DNA of 64,000 nucleotides. Origin: Octopus vulgaris (taxonomy: Eukaryota). A program made the translations under genes and the position numbers. Under the pieces are notes generated by a model. It was not told where the DNA came from and did no database searches. It saw only the letters and a program-made list of their open reading frames with translations. Shown here in pieces: positions 26,822 to 38,370 of the stretch; the first letter of the stretch is position 1, and every line of letters begins with the position of its first letter. The stretch spans positions 19,344,001 to 19,408,000 of the forward strand of contig OX597827.1 in NCBI GenBank assembly GCA_951406725.2, given 5' to 3'.

Positions 26822-27138
26822 TGAGACCCCCTTCGGTCATGACTGACCATGGGACTGCACCTAGAAAGTTACCCTCCCAGGCACAAGTCCGGGCAAGGTT
26901 GTTTATGGAAGACCAGCAGTTGCCCATGCATACCGGCCTCCCCTCTCCACACCACCAGTGTATCCAAGGGAAAGGCAAAGGGGCCAATACAGCTTGGCAC
27001 CTGCGACGTTGCAACGCATTTCTACGTGAAATAAAGTGTCTTGCTCAAGAACACAACATGCAGCCTGGTCCGAGATTCGAGCTCACAACCTCACAATCGT
27101 AAGCTTGACTCTCTAACCACTGAGCCATGCGCCTTCAC
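26822..27138 (-). mobile_element. tRNA-derived SINE family E
   Basis: GAAGGCGCATGGCTCAGTGGTTAGAG...GCTCGAATCTC...TTCTTGAGCAAGACACTTTA... on the minus strand. Confidence 0.85.
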
Positions 27139-27315
27139 ATATATATATATATATATATATATACGACAGGCTTCTTTCAGTTTCCCTCTACCAAATCCAC
27201 TCACAGGGCTTTGCTTGAACTAAGGCTATAGTAGAAGACACTTATATATATAAACCAACACTTTCATTGATCCCACACCCATACTTTACCACCAAATTAC
27301 CCCTCTCTCTCTCTC

Positions 27316-27367
<52 letters not shown>

Positions 27368-28664
27368 GTCACACACACACACTCATCCTGTTTACAGTAT
27401 CATTAATATTCTGATTTTCCACACTATCAAACATACCCTAATCCCCCAATGCCCTATTCATTCCTACTCACCTTGTACCTTGAAGGTCCATACTGATCCC
27501 TTATCACTTTCCCTATTTCCTATCACTTCCCAGCTTCACCTGATAACTCCTTCTCTCTTTTCAAAACTGTGAGAAGTTACATAGCTCCTCCACAGCAAGA
27601 AACCCATTCTGTTCTGTTTTTTTTCTCATAATTCACTCCCTCTACACCTCATCCCCAAGCATAAAGTTGCCTCCTTTGGGGTTCATAGTCTTACAAGCTA
27701 CATGGTGACCTCACTACTGCTGGTGGCATGAAAAAAGTACCCACAATTAAATTGCACTGCTAACACTGTAAGACACAATACTGACTTATAAAACCTTCAG
27801 TGTATTTGTTACTGTATTGTGGTTGCATAATGAAATAGGGTATCCCTACCAGCAATTAAGACATCCATACCAGTTGTCAGTAATGTGTTTAATGTTTAAA
27901 AAGTGGTATATCCAATAATATTACATCACTGTATTTAGTGGCTATTAAGTAATGTGTTTGTGAATGGTTAGTGGTACTGAAAAAGGAGCAATTACTCCTG
28001 AAATATGTATATACACCCATTGCCTACTCTTCTATCTTCAATCACGTTGTTTACATAGACGTATTCATATACAAAACATTGTAGCTTTAAGTGCTGGCTC
28101 TAATGTCTGTAGAAATATATATGTATACTCTTTACCCTTTTACTTGTTTCAGTTATTTGACTGCGGCCATGCTGGAGCACCGCCTTTAATCGAGCAACTC
28201 GACCCTGGGACTTATTCTTTTGTAAGCCCAGTACTTATTCTATCGGTCTCTTTTGCCGAACCGCTAAGTAACGAGGACATAAACACACCAGCATCGGTTG
28301 TCAAGCAATGCTAGGGGGACAAACAGACACACAAACACACACATGCATGTATATATATATATATATATATACATATATACGACGGGCTTCTTTCAGTTTC
28401 CGTCTACCAAATCCACTCACAAGGCTTTGGTCGGTCCGAGGCTATAGTAGAAGACACTTGCCCAAGGTGCCACACAGTGGGACTGATCCCGGAACCATGT
28501 GGTACGTAAACAAGCTACTTACCACACAGCCACTCCTAAGAAATATATATATATATATATTAATAAGTACATATTTCTATATATACTCTAACCTCATCCT
28601 GCTGCCAGCATCTCTGGAATTTGAAACGGTCACTAACATTAACGTAGTTCGCTGTACGAAGATC

Positions 28665-30400
28665 CAAGAAAAGACTGATTGAGTTCCTTGAAGACAACGA
28701 CCTGCTCTCTGACACCCAACATGGCTTTCGCCCGGGAAGGAGCTGTCTTACACAGCTTCTGTGACATTATGACTGGGTACTGTCATTTAATTAATGAACT
28801 GCGCAAAGGTTGATGTGGTATACCTCGACTTTGTGAAGGCATTTGACAAGGTCGACCATGGAATGATATGCCACAAAATACGGGGACTCAGCATCACTGG
28901 TAAAGTCGGAGAATGGCTGCATGATTTCCTGAAGGACAGGAGCCAAACTGTAGCAGCCAACGGAGCTCTCTCCACAGAGACACCAATAGTGAGTGGAGTG
29001 CCCCAGGGCACTATGCTGGGGCCACTGCTTTTCATGGTAGCCCTATCAGATCTGCCATCAGTGACAGAGGCAGCCAAGCTTACCAGCTGTACCGACGGCA
29101 CAAAAGTCACAGTCAGCAAGGCAACCTCTGATGCTACGCTCTTACAGAAAGATCTAGATGCCATCTATACATGGGCTGAGGATAACAACATGCAATTTAA
29201 CCCTTTAGTGTTCACATTATTCTACCCAAATTAATGCTTTTTCATCCACATTGTTTTGAACTAATCAGGCATTATCTTGTAGCTTTGAGATTTTGATGAG
29301 GTAGCTGTTAATTTTTAAAACGATATTGTAGGGTTGGTGTGAAAGACCAGATCTGACCAGTTTGAACATAAAACAGGCAGAATACTTTTGGCCGGATATG
29401 GCTGGTCTAAATGCTAAAGGGTTAATGCAAGTAAATTCCAGGCCGGCCTCTACCATTTAAGCACTGCTCAGGGATCACGACACCAGTACACTAGACCAAG
29501 TGGAGCAACGATCCCAGAATCAAATACGGTGCATGATCTTGGAATAGAAATGAGCAACAATGCCTCATTTCACACGCATATCAACAAAATGGTAGCAGTA
29601 TCCAGAAGACTGGCCGGTTGGATTCTGAGAACCTTCTAGATGAGGGATCAAGAAACTATGATGACACTAAGGAAGTCATTTATCCTCAGCCGACTGGACT
29701 ACTGCTCTCGGCTATGGTCACCTTATACTACAAGGACAATAGCAGAGCTTGAAGCAGTCCAATGACATTTCACCAAGAAAATTGCATCAATGGAACGACT
29801 GAGCTACTGGGACAGGTTGAAAGAGCTGCGACTCTATTCCCTGGAACGAAGGCGTGAGAGGCATGCACTGATATATATATATTTCTTTACTACCCACAAG
29901 GGGCTAAACACAGAGGGGACAAACAAGGACAGACAAAGGGATTAAGTCGATTCCATCGAACCCAGTGAGTAACTGGTACTTAATTTATCGACCCCAAAAG
30001 GATGAAAGTGATATATATATGGAAGGTACCGGAAGGACTGGTACCAAACTTTGGAATAAAGAGCTATACCAGACCACAAACAGGACATCACTGTGCTGAC
30101 TGCTTCATCTCGGGTAAGGACGATGTACTGCAATAGCTTGGGTTTCAAGGGACCACAGCTGTTTAACTGTTTGCTGAAGCATCTGAGGAGCCTCCATGGA
30201 GTGGGTGTAGATGTTTTCAAACAGCCGAGATCCCGGATGAGCCAATATCTAGTCAGGAAACTCAAAAGAGAGCAGTAACATCAAACTCTATCCTTCACCA
30301 AAAGCCGCTCCGACAAAGGTGGAGAGTGGAAAGATGATCACAATGGCGGTGCTCCTGCATGGCCACAGTCATTGGACTGAAACACATAAAAAAAAATAAA
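28665..30400 (+). mobile_element. 5'-truncated CR1-group LINE (RT to 3' end) with nested insertions
   Basis: QHGFRPGRSC; VYLDFVKAFDKVDH; SGVPQGTMLGPLLF; LDYCSRLWSP; NSLGFKGPQLFNCL. Contains stops and is interrupted by a MITE (29201-29421) and a SINE-D fragment (about 29883-30009). Ends GGCGGTGCTCCTGCATGGCCACAGTC...A-rich. Confidence 0.9.
29201..29421. mobile_element. piggyBac-type MITE
   Basis: TTAA TSD (29197-29200 / 29422-29425) and termini CCCTTTAG...CTAAAGGG. It splits the CR1 codons MQFN|ASKF. Diverged copies at about 14172-14395, 5065-5676 and 15940-16082. Confidence 0.9.
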
Positions 30401-30406
30401 AGAAAA

Positions 30407-30810
30407 GGCGTAGGAGTGACTGTGTGGTAAGTAGCTTGCTTACCAACCACATGGTTCCGGGTTCAGTCCCACTGCAGGCACCTTGGGCAAGTGTCTTCTA
30501 CTACAGCTTCGGGCCAACCAAAGCCTTGTGAGTGGATTTGGTAGACGGAAACTGAAAGAACTCCGTCGTGTGTATATATATATATATGTGTGTGTGTATA
30601 CGTTTGTGTATCTGTGTTCATCCCCCCCCCCAACATCGCTTGACAACCGATGCTAGTGTGTTTACGTCCCCGTAACTTAACGGATCGGTAAAAGAGACCG
30701 ATATAATAAGTACTAGGCTTACAAAGAATAAGTCCTCGAATAAGTTTGCTCGACTGAAGGCGTTGCTCCAGCATGGCCACAGTCAAATGACTGAAACAAG
30801 TGAAATAACC
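30407..30810 (+). mobile_element. Full-length SINE family B
   Basis: GGCGTAGGAGTGACTGTGTGGTAAG...GGTTCAGTCCCAC...GGCGTTGCTCCAGCATGGCCACAGTCAAATGACTGAAACAAG. Confidence 0.9.
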
Positions 30811-31345
30811 GAAAAAATTTTTCATTTTTGTGAAATATAGCTAAAGGGAGGTAACTGTGCAAAACATTTAAACATTTCGTTTTAGGATTTGGTTTGCAAG
30901 ATTCTTTATGTGAGTTCGTGTGTTGAAGCATATTGTGTCTGGAGAGAGTAATTTACTTTTAATGCCTTATTAACACACTCGCCAGCAAAATTTTCGTTGC
31001 ATCATGCAACCTTTCAACAGTTGTTGACTCTGTCTGTTATTCAAGCTGCTAGGCCTCACAGAGGCAATGTCTATTATTCTGTCAGGGTTCTAGTTTTTAG
31101 AAATTCACCCAAATGCAATCAAGTATAAAAATTTCAAAGTTAGTCATGTGTGAACTTTTTTGATCAAATACAAAAAAAAAGCATTGATTTTCATTGTTTT
31201 TTCGCAAAAACTCATCAGAATATTATACAGGACTATGGAGTTACAAAAAAGTTGTATGCCTAATGTATGCCTATGGTGAGATTCAGTAACCAGGTTTTGA
31301 GTTGGTGTTGTTTGCTATGGGTAAGTCTTCTTGAGCACAGCAGAG

Positions 31346-31455
31346 GGATTTTTTCGGTTTGAACGGCAGTTTTTTTCTAGCGGTGTCATATGTAATTGTC
31401 ACCCATAATTATGACCCTAGAATCGATAGGCTTAGTTAGGGTTAGGGTTAGGGGT
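31346..31455 (+). mobile_element. Left-end fragment of the TIR element seen complete at 46119-46536
   Basis: GGATTTTTTCGGTTTGAACGGCAGTTTTT...ATGACCCTAG...TTAGGGTTAGGGTTAGGG. Confidence 0.75.
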
Positions 31456-31510
31456 GTGTGTATATATATTTTATTGGCAGAATAAAAAGTCGATTGAAAT
31501 TTCTAAGGTA

Positions 31511-31723
31511 GTACTATTTAAGAAGAGTGGTCCCGGTGCGCGCACTCGCGCATCCGCGATAGCTAGTCGTGACTAGTCGATCTTTACTTTGTGTTTTTGT
31601 GTTTTATTTACTTTGTGTAAAAAAATTATTAATTTTGTATTTTATTTACTTTGCTAGGTAGTCACGACTAGCTAGTGCGATTGCGCGAGTGCGCGCACCG
31701 GGACCACTCTTCTTAAATAGTAC
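31511..31723. mobile_element. MITE-like element with perfect 42-bp CpG-rich TIRs plus an inner 16-bp inverted repeat
   Basis: GTACTATTTAAGAAGAGTGGTCCCGGTGCGCGCACTCGCGCA (31511-31552) is exactly inverted at 31682-31723. TAGCTAGTCGTGACTA (31560-31575) is inverted at 31659-31674. Confidence 0.85.
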
Positions 31724-32879
31724 CTTTTGTATTTTTGCACTGGAACATTGCAAACTTAAGTTACTGAATCCGATTTTGAATTCCATCTTACCAATACAGA
31801 CATGATTATGCAACAATATAGATATGATATAAAAACCATATAGACACGATATTTTTTTAATGAAGATTTGTATAAATAATTTTCAGATGCTGTAAATTAC
31901 GATTATATCGGAATTTAACATAAAAAAAGAAAATGATGTGACGCACACGTACGTACAGGAGAAAGTTATGTGGAAACAAAGTCGATGGGGCGAGGTACAT
32001 TTGTGTAGGTACGCCTGGAAACTGTTGTACCTCACTTCAAGAAAGTCCTGTGAGAAAGTTTTGAAAATGATGTTCATTAAACCATATATTTGTGTTACAA
32101 TTTGCGATCAGGGATCTTCTTACGCTGACCCTAATTAAATAATTAGGGAATCCTGGATTTAAAGTCCAACACGAAAACTTTTCAAAACAAATACTTGACG
32201 GTCACATTTAGTTTTGCCTTTTCTTCATGTGGCAGTAATTAACTGCATTTAATACAATTACTGAAAAACTTATTATTGGTAAAGAGTTATTAGGATTAGG
32301 TTTTGTTCCCGACAGGAATGATTTTCTTTAAACAAATTAAAAAGAGAAATTCCGATTTCTTAAAAACACGACGATACGAAAACAACCAGAAAGCTACAGA
32401 TGTTGAGATTCTCAACACATTCGCACGAACATTAATTACTTCAACACGGACTGTCAAATATTTGGTTTGAAAAATGTTTTCATTCAAGCACTAAAGCCAG
32501 TCCTCGATATTCCAATATCACTGATCATGATCGATATTAAACAAACAAATAAATATTTTCTTAATTGTCATGTAACATCAATAATTAAACTGCCGTCGAT
32601 TTCATTCAGAAAACGAAACATACATTAAAATACAAGATACTTTCTTCGCTCCCTGCAACGGTTCTATTGTATAAAATAAACGATCCTTCACACCTTCCAA
32701 CATCGAATCAGTATTTCTTTAAAACGAAACTCTCATAGAATTTCTTTAATTTTGCGACGAACAAGATTTTTACATTAATTGCATCCGAGAGTCTTTCTTC
32801 TTTCGTTATTATTATTATATAATTATTCCACAGAAAAGAAGGGTAGCCTTATATTTATAATTTGGTGAGAGAACAATTT

Positions 32880-33827
32880 TCATTCGATTAATCCCGTAAC
32901 TTTTTCGCTGAAGTTCCACAACTTTACAGCAAGTTGTTTATCCAGAGCCTGATTTGCCCATTCGTCTCTCTGGCATTCACTGTAGTAGCAACCAGATTGG
33001 TCTTTCGTCTCTTCACTAACAGAACAATATACAACAGTTTGACAACCTTCTTGGCAATTCTTGAAAAGTGATTTGAAAGCAGAGACCCTTTGTATCAGAG
33101 GAAATGAATTCAAAATGTTCCTACTTATATCTGTGTTTACTATTCCTGGGTGAACATAGTATATGTTGATATTAGTGTCTGACATTCGATTGCTAAATTC
33201 ACGGCAAAATAAAGCACATGCTAACTTACTGTCACAGTAGGCACCGTGTTGATGGAAAAACTCCGGTTTATTCATGTTGTCAAAATCGATTTTCCCGTAT
33301 TTGTAAATAACACTCCCGACAAAAACGACGCGGGGTGAATCAGACTTCTTTAATAACTCCAGTAGAAGATGTGTCAAAAGGAAGGGACCAAAATAATTGA
33401 CGCCCATATGCATTTCCAGGCCATCTTCTGTCTCAGCATACGGGTGGAAATAAACACCCGCATTGTTTATAAGGATATCCAAAGAGGTGATATGTTGCTT
33501 AATATTCTTGCAGAATGTCCGAATGGAATCGAAGCTTGAGAGATCAAGTTTTTCAACAAGTACAACACCTGAACCTAATTCGCTTAATTGTTCTGCAGCC
33601 GATTTTGCCTTATTTAAGTCCCGACATGCGAGGATCACTCGGGCCCCTCGTAGTAATAAATTACGGGCTGTTTCGAATCCGATTCCACAGTTACCTCCAG
33701 TAATAATAACTGTTTTGCCTTCCAGTTTAACAGGGCTGGTACAGGTGGCTCCTTTCATATAATAGCGAATCGACAAAGGTAAAATGATTATTATGGCTAC
33801 AACTGCCAAAATTGTCAACAACATCAT
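32880..33827 (-). CDS. RDH14: Retinol dehydrogenase (classical SDR, RDH11-14 family, closest to RDH14), 315 aa, intronless CDS
   Basis: N-terminal hydrophobic anchor; TGGNCGIG Rossmann motif; ACR (NADP(H) preference); LINNAG; catalytic Ser (VGSV) and YCDSK (YxxxK); HPG; KLW..SE C-terminus. SVIYKYGKIDFDNMN resembles the RDH14 segment as I recall it. Orthology is less certain than family assignment. Confidence 0.93.
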   Translation of the reverse strand: MMLLTILAVVAIIIILPLSIRYYMKGATCTSPVKLEGKTVIITGGNCGIGFETARNLLLRGARVILACRDLNKAKSAAEQLSELGSGVVLVEKLDLSSFDSIRTFCKNIKQHITSLDILINNAGVYFHPYAETEDGLEMHMGVNYFGPFLLTHLLLELLKKSDSPRVVFVGSVIYKYGKIDFDNMNKPEFFHQHGAYCDSKLACALFCREFSNRMSDTNINIYYVHPGIVNTDISRNILNSFPLIQRVSAFKSLFKNCQEGCQTVVYCSVSEETKDQSGCYYSECQRDEWANQALDKQLAVKLWNFSEKVTGLIE

Positions 33828-34254
33828 TAATATACTGAGATTTCGACAGAAACCAGGACTAACACAGCTTTTTCACAGCACAACTTTCACAGTTCTGACG
33901 TTTATAGTACAAAGGTGCGTCAGAACTACATATCATCCCACATGTAATTCGACAAGGTCGGCGCATCGTAAGCTCACGTGCCTAATGATTAAGTTCATCT
34001 TTATAACGAACAAGACAAATTATATTTTCATTTCTATTTTTCTGAGTCACGGCTGGTAAGACAAGCATTTCTTTTCAGCAGCCTGAGCATAAAAACTGCA
34101 GGCGATGTTTGAGTTTAACGTACCATTTCAGTTTCTTGTAAGCTTTTTTGACAGCAGTCGGAGACTTTTTTTTTTTGTTAAAGGTGTACTGCTGATCACT
34201 TGTTTGTGAGTAGGGACAATTCAAGTTTGTTGTCGTTGTTATTATTTAACATAG

Positions 34255-35665
34255 AGACCTCACTCTCCAGTGGGCCCTCTTCGCAACCCTCACACGAACC
34301 AGATCACTGACGACCCCAAGGAATGCGCAGAACTCATTGCCAAGTGCTATGCAAACATATTCACTGTCGAAAGTCAAAATGTACCATCTTCACCATCACT
34401 AACAGCAAACTCCATAACAACTATGGAATTTACACCTGAAATGCTGCGACGTCACCTTCAAAATAAGCGCAACTATGCCTCCCCTGGTCTCGATGGAGTT
34501 ACATACCTGCTTCTCAAACGTGGCAGGCACTTCCTTTTACACCAGCTTTCTATTTTCTTCCAGTACTGTCTCAACAATGGTGCTACTCCGGAGCAGTGGA
34601 AAACTGCCAGTGTCATTCCTCTGTTCAAAAAGGGTGACCGCACATCACCTGTCAACTATCGCCCAGTCAGTCTCACTAGCTGTATTGCAAAACTGATGGA
34701 ATCGTGTGTCAGAGAAACACTCTGGAACTTCTGGAGCTCTCACAGTCTCATCCGACCCTCACAATATGGATTTGTCCCTAACTCCAGCTGCAGTGACCAG
34801 CTTGTCGAGTTCCTTGAGGACATTACTCAGATCACTGACAGTGGCTCATGGGTGGATGTTGTCTACCTTGACTTTGCTAAGGCTTTCAACTCTGTGCCAC
34901 ACAAAAGGCTTATGGTGAAACTCTCTGCAATGGGTGTGGGGGATGACCTTTTTAACTGGTTGAAATCCTTCATCCTCAGCCGAAAGGAGGTAGTCACAGT
35001 TCTAGGACAGCACTCTACACCATATGAGATGTCATCGGGTGTACCACAGGGATCTGTCCTTGGTCCCCTCCTGTTTGTGGCATACATTAATGACATAGAT
35101 GCCAATTTAAAGAATGCCACAGTATTGAAATATGCAGACGACATCAAGCTGTACCTTGAAATCAAGAGGACTGATCCTGATGTCTACAACTCTTTCCTGC
35201 AATCAGACCTAGACACAATGCAGCAATGGATCACAGACTGGCAACTGAAACTGGCTGTGGACAAGTGTACCACCATGCATTTTGGGAGAAAAAACTCTGC
35301 GTCCACATACTCCCTTCACAACACTGATATCAAGAAATCCTCTTGCGAGCGTGACCTAGGCATCACTGTCAGCAGTGATTTGCGTTGGACAAAGCATATC
35401 TCTAAAATTGTCAAGAAGGCCGAGGGTGTCTTGGCATCACTCAGCAAGACTTTTGTTAGCCGCTCTCCAGCCATCTATTTAAAACTGTATACAGCTATGG
35501 TACGACCACACTTGGAATTCGCATCATCAGTTTGGAATCCCTATCTTGCTCAGAACATTGACCTCCTGGAATCTGTCCAGAGACGTGCAACCAAACGCAT
35601 ACCCTCCATCAGACACCTACCATATTCTGAGCGCCTTGTTTCCCTGGGCATGGATTCACTGAAGC
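34255..35665 (+). mobile_element. Young 5'-truncated CR1-group LINE with an uninterrupted RT reading frame
   Basis: ORF 34270-35793 contains SPGLDG, NYRPVSLTS, QYGF, YLDFAKAFNSV, SGVPQGSVLGPLLF, KYADDIKL, ERDLG and VRPHLEFASSVWNP. The last ~40 aa are read-through into a different element. Confidence 0.95.
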
Positions 35666-35732
35666 TTGATTCGTTAGCTACTGCACGCATTTTTTTTCTC
35701 TCCTTCTTTCCGTGTTTTTCTCTCTCTGTGTA

Positions 35733-35770
35733 TCTTTCTGTTGAAGAGCGTAGGCTCGAAACGTTAAAGA
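35733..35770 (+). ncRNA. Hammerhead-like motif with core variant CUGUUGA, in a Penelope-like terminal fragment (about 35667-35870)
   Basis: UCUUU-CUGUUGA-A-GAGC(GUAG)GCUC-GAA-ACGU-U-AAAGA. Same architecture as 56034-56068, but A6 is replaced by U. Confidence 0.55.
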
Positions 35771-35867
35771 CTTGTTTTATTTATATTTCCTGAGCGCCAT
35801 ACTAATACAATTGTTCGTTTGTTTTCCACCTGCCTTCGTCTTTTGTTTATTTTCATAAAGCTTCCCG

Positions 35868-35902
<35 letters not shown>

Positions 35903-35978
35903 CGTAGATATACACATATATATATATACATATATACGTGTATTTACCCACACACGCATATATCCTATATATATATGC

Positions 35979-36009
<31 letters not shown>

Positions 36010-36012
36010 CAA

Positions 36013-36090
<78 letters not shown>

Positions 36091-36709
36091 CTATATGCAT
36101 AAATACATGCATTCATACATATACACGTGTATATACCCACAAACTATAAAACAAACTATAAACCTGATCAAGTCCAAAGGGTAGTACTAGATATGGTGAG
36201 GACTTTATAGAGTTTTGGCGTGTAATTAAATGTAGTCCTCGTAACTTAGCGGTTCTGCAAAAAAGACCGATAGATTAAGTACTAGGCCTACAAAGAATAA
36301 GTCCTGTGGTTGAACTGCTCTCGAATAAAGGTGCTGCTCCAGTATGACCGCAGTCAAATAACTGAAAAAGCGTAAAAGAATAAATGGCAACGAAAGTGTA
36401 TGTTCTCCTAACCGCATAATTAAGGGAGATAACTGAAAAATATCTTTAAATAGTTACTTCCCTTGCATCATATAAAAAAAAAGACATTACAGTATAAAAT
36501 TTAAGTGTGTCCGTTTTTCGCTTGCGATAGGGACACGACCATTCGCGCACGAACAGACACACATACACATCTAAGGGCACCAAGCATCCGCGCAGGAAGA
36601 GACAAACATACACATGCAACTTTTCTGCTGTTAACTTTAACAAATAAACATTAACTGTCTTATAATTAACATTTAATTACACCCTACAACTATATAAAGT
36701 ACTAACAAT

Positions 36710-36848
36710 GGATTTTTTCGGTTTGAACGGCAGTTTTTAACATAATTTCTAGGTAACTAAAAAATTTTAAACTTCGTATACAGTGTTTATAACACATCTT
36801 TTTCTCTTGGCTTTATTGAGAAAATTCTATAGTTTGTAAGATATTTTA
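36710..36848 (-). mobile_element. Right-end fragment of the 46119-46536 TIR element
   Basis: GGATTTTTTCGGTTTGAACGGCAGTTTTTAACATAATTTCTAGGTAACT is the reverse complement of about 46487-46536. Confidence 0.8.
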
Positions 36849-37016
36849 CAAACAATAACTCTGAGCACCTTTTCAAACTCCACCTGTCTAACACCCGTGG
36901 ACATGTTTTCAGCCAAACGTTTACCAATTTCAACAAATTTCATTCAAATTTGATGTCTCTGTCACTTATTTTGGTTTGAAATAAAGCGCTTGATCATTTA
37001 ATAATCCTAAGTTAAT

Positions 37017-37044
37017 CCCGGACAACGCCAGGCTATACTGCTAG
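37017..37044 (+). mobile_element. Helitron 3' end
   Basis: CCCGGACAACGCCAGG hairpin-like segment, then ATACTGCTAG|T; matches the Helitron end at 39914. Confidence 0.7.
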
Positions 37045-38004
37045 TTATATATAAAGACAGCACATTTCTGGGCAGGTTTACTCTTTACTCTTTTACTTGT
37101 TTCAGTCATTTGACTGCGGCCATGCTGGAGCACCGCCTTTAGTCGAGCAAATCGACCCCGGGACTTATTCTTTGTCAGCCCAGTACTTATTCTATCGGTC
37201 CTCTTTTGCTGAACCGCTAAGTGGCGGGGACATAAACACACCAGCATCGGTTGTCAAGCAATGCTAGGGGGACAAACACAGACACACAAACACACACACA
37301 TACATATATACGACAGGCTTCTTTCAGTTTCCGTCTACCAAATCCACTCACAAGGCATTGGTTGGCCCGGGGCTATAGCAGAAGACACTTGCCCAAGATG
37401 CCACGCAGTGGGACTGAACCCGGAACCATGTGGTTGGTTAGCAAGCTACTTACCACACAAAGCAAAGTTAAAGTGAGACAACAACATTCTCTAAAATATA
37501 CGACCATTGCTTATAGGACTGAAAATGTAAATGTGTCTTAGTCATTTAACCATAAAACAACGGGCATGCATAATATTTGACGGCTATGATGAATCATCAT
37601 CATCATCATCGTTTAACGTCCGTTCTCCATGCTAGCATGGGTTGGACGGTTCGACCGGGGTTCTGGGAAGCCAGAAGGCTGCACCAGGCTCCAGTCTTAT
37701 CTGGCAATGTTTCTACAGCTGGATGCCCTTCCTAACGCCAACCACTCCGTGAGTGTAGTGGGTGCTTTTTATGTGCTACCGGCACAGGTGCCAGGCGAGG
37801 CTGGCAACGGCCATGGTCAGATTGGTGTATTTTATGTGCCACCGGCACGGAAGCCAGTCGAGGCGGTGCTGGCATCGGCCATCATTTTGAATAAAACCCA
37901 TCTTTTGGTATTTAGCTCCTAACCACAAAGCAATTCCACTCAACGTACTGGTGGGGATACTTCAACTATCTCCATCCATACTCTATAGAGAAAAAGACAG
38001 AATT

Positions 38005-38370
38005 ATACTTGAGCACCTTTTCAAACTCCACCTATCTAACACCCATGGACATAGTTACAAAGTCAGAAAACAGCACAGCTCCCATGACTTCAGGAAACAT
38101 TTTTTCATGCTGAGAGTTGCTGAAGCCTGGAACAAACTGCCGGCATCAGTTGTTAGTTGTCGGAGCACTGCATCCTTCAAAACTTCCATGCTTTCTGAGA
38201 TTCGCCAACACTACACCTGATTTTCTCCCCTCCATACACACGCAAGCATGTATCTGACTCATACATTGTTCGCTTTCCAGACATTTGTACATTACTGCAT
38301 GTACTTTATATGCACTTTCTGACAAGTTGTGGTGCACCTGAACACTATACAAAAATTTCATTATTATTAT
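38005..38370 (+). mobile_element. CR1 ORF2 C-terminus plus 3' UTR fragment
   Basis: EHLFKLHLSNTHGHSYK...FFMLRVAEAWNKLP motif and (ATT)n tail. A short matching piece lies at about 36850-36910. Confidence 0.85.

Noticed and set aside
31180-31225. Minus-strand CUGAUGA-GUUUUUGC-GAAA hammerhead core
   Set aside because: No credible helix III or palindrome; likely a chance match in AT-rich DNA.
31346-36848. Composite transposon carrying the RDH gene between two TIR fragments
   Set aside because: Both TIRs face the same direction, so they cannot bracket a mobile unit.
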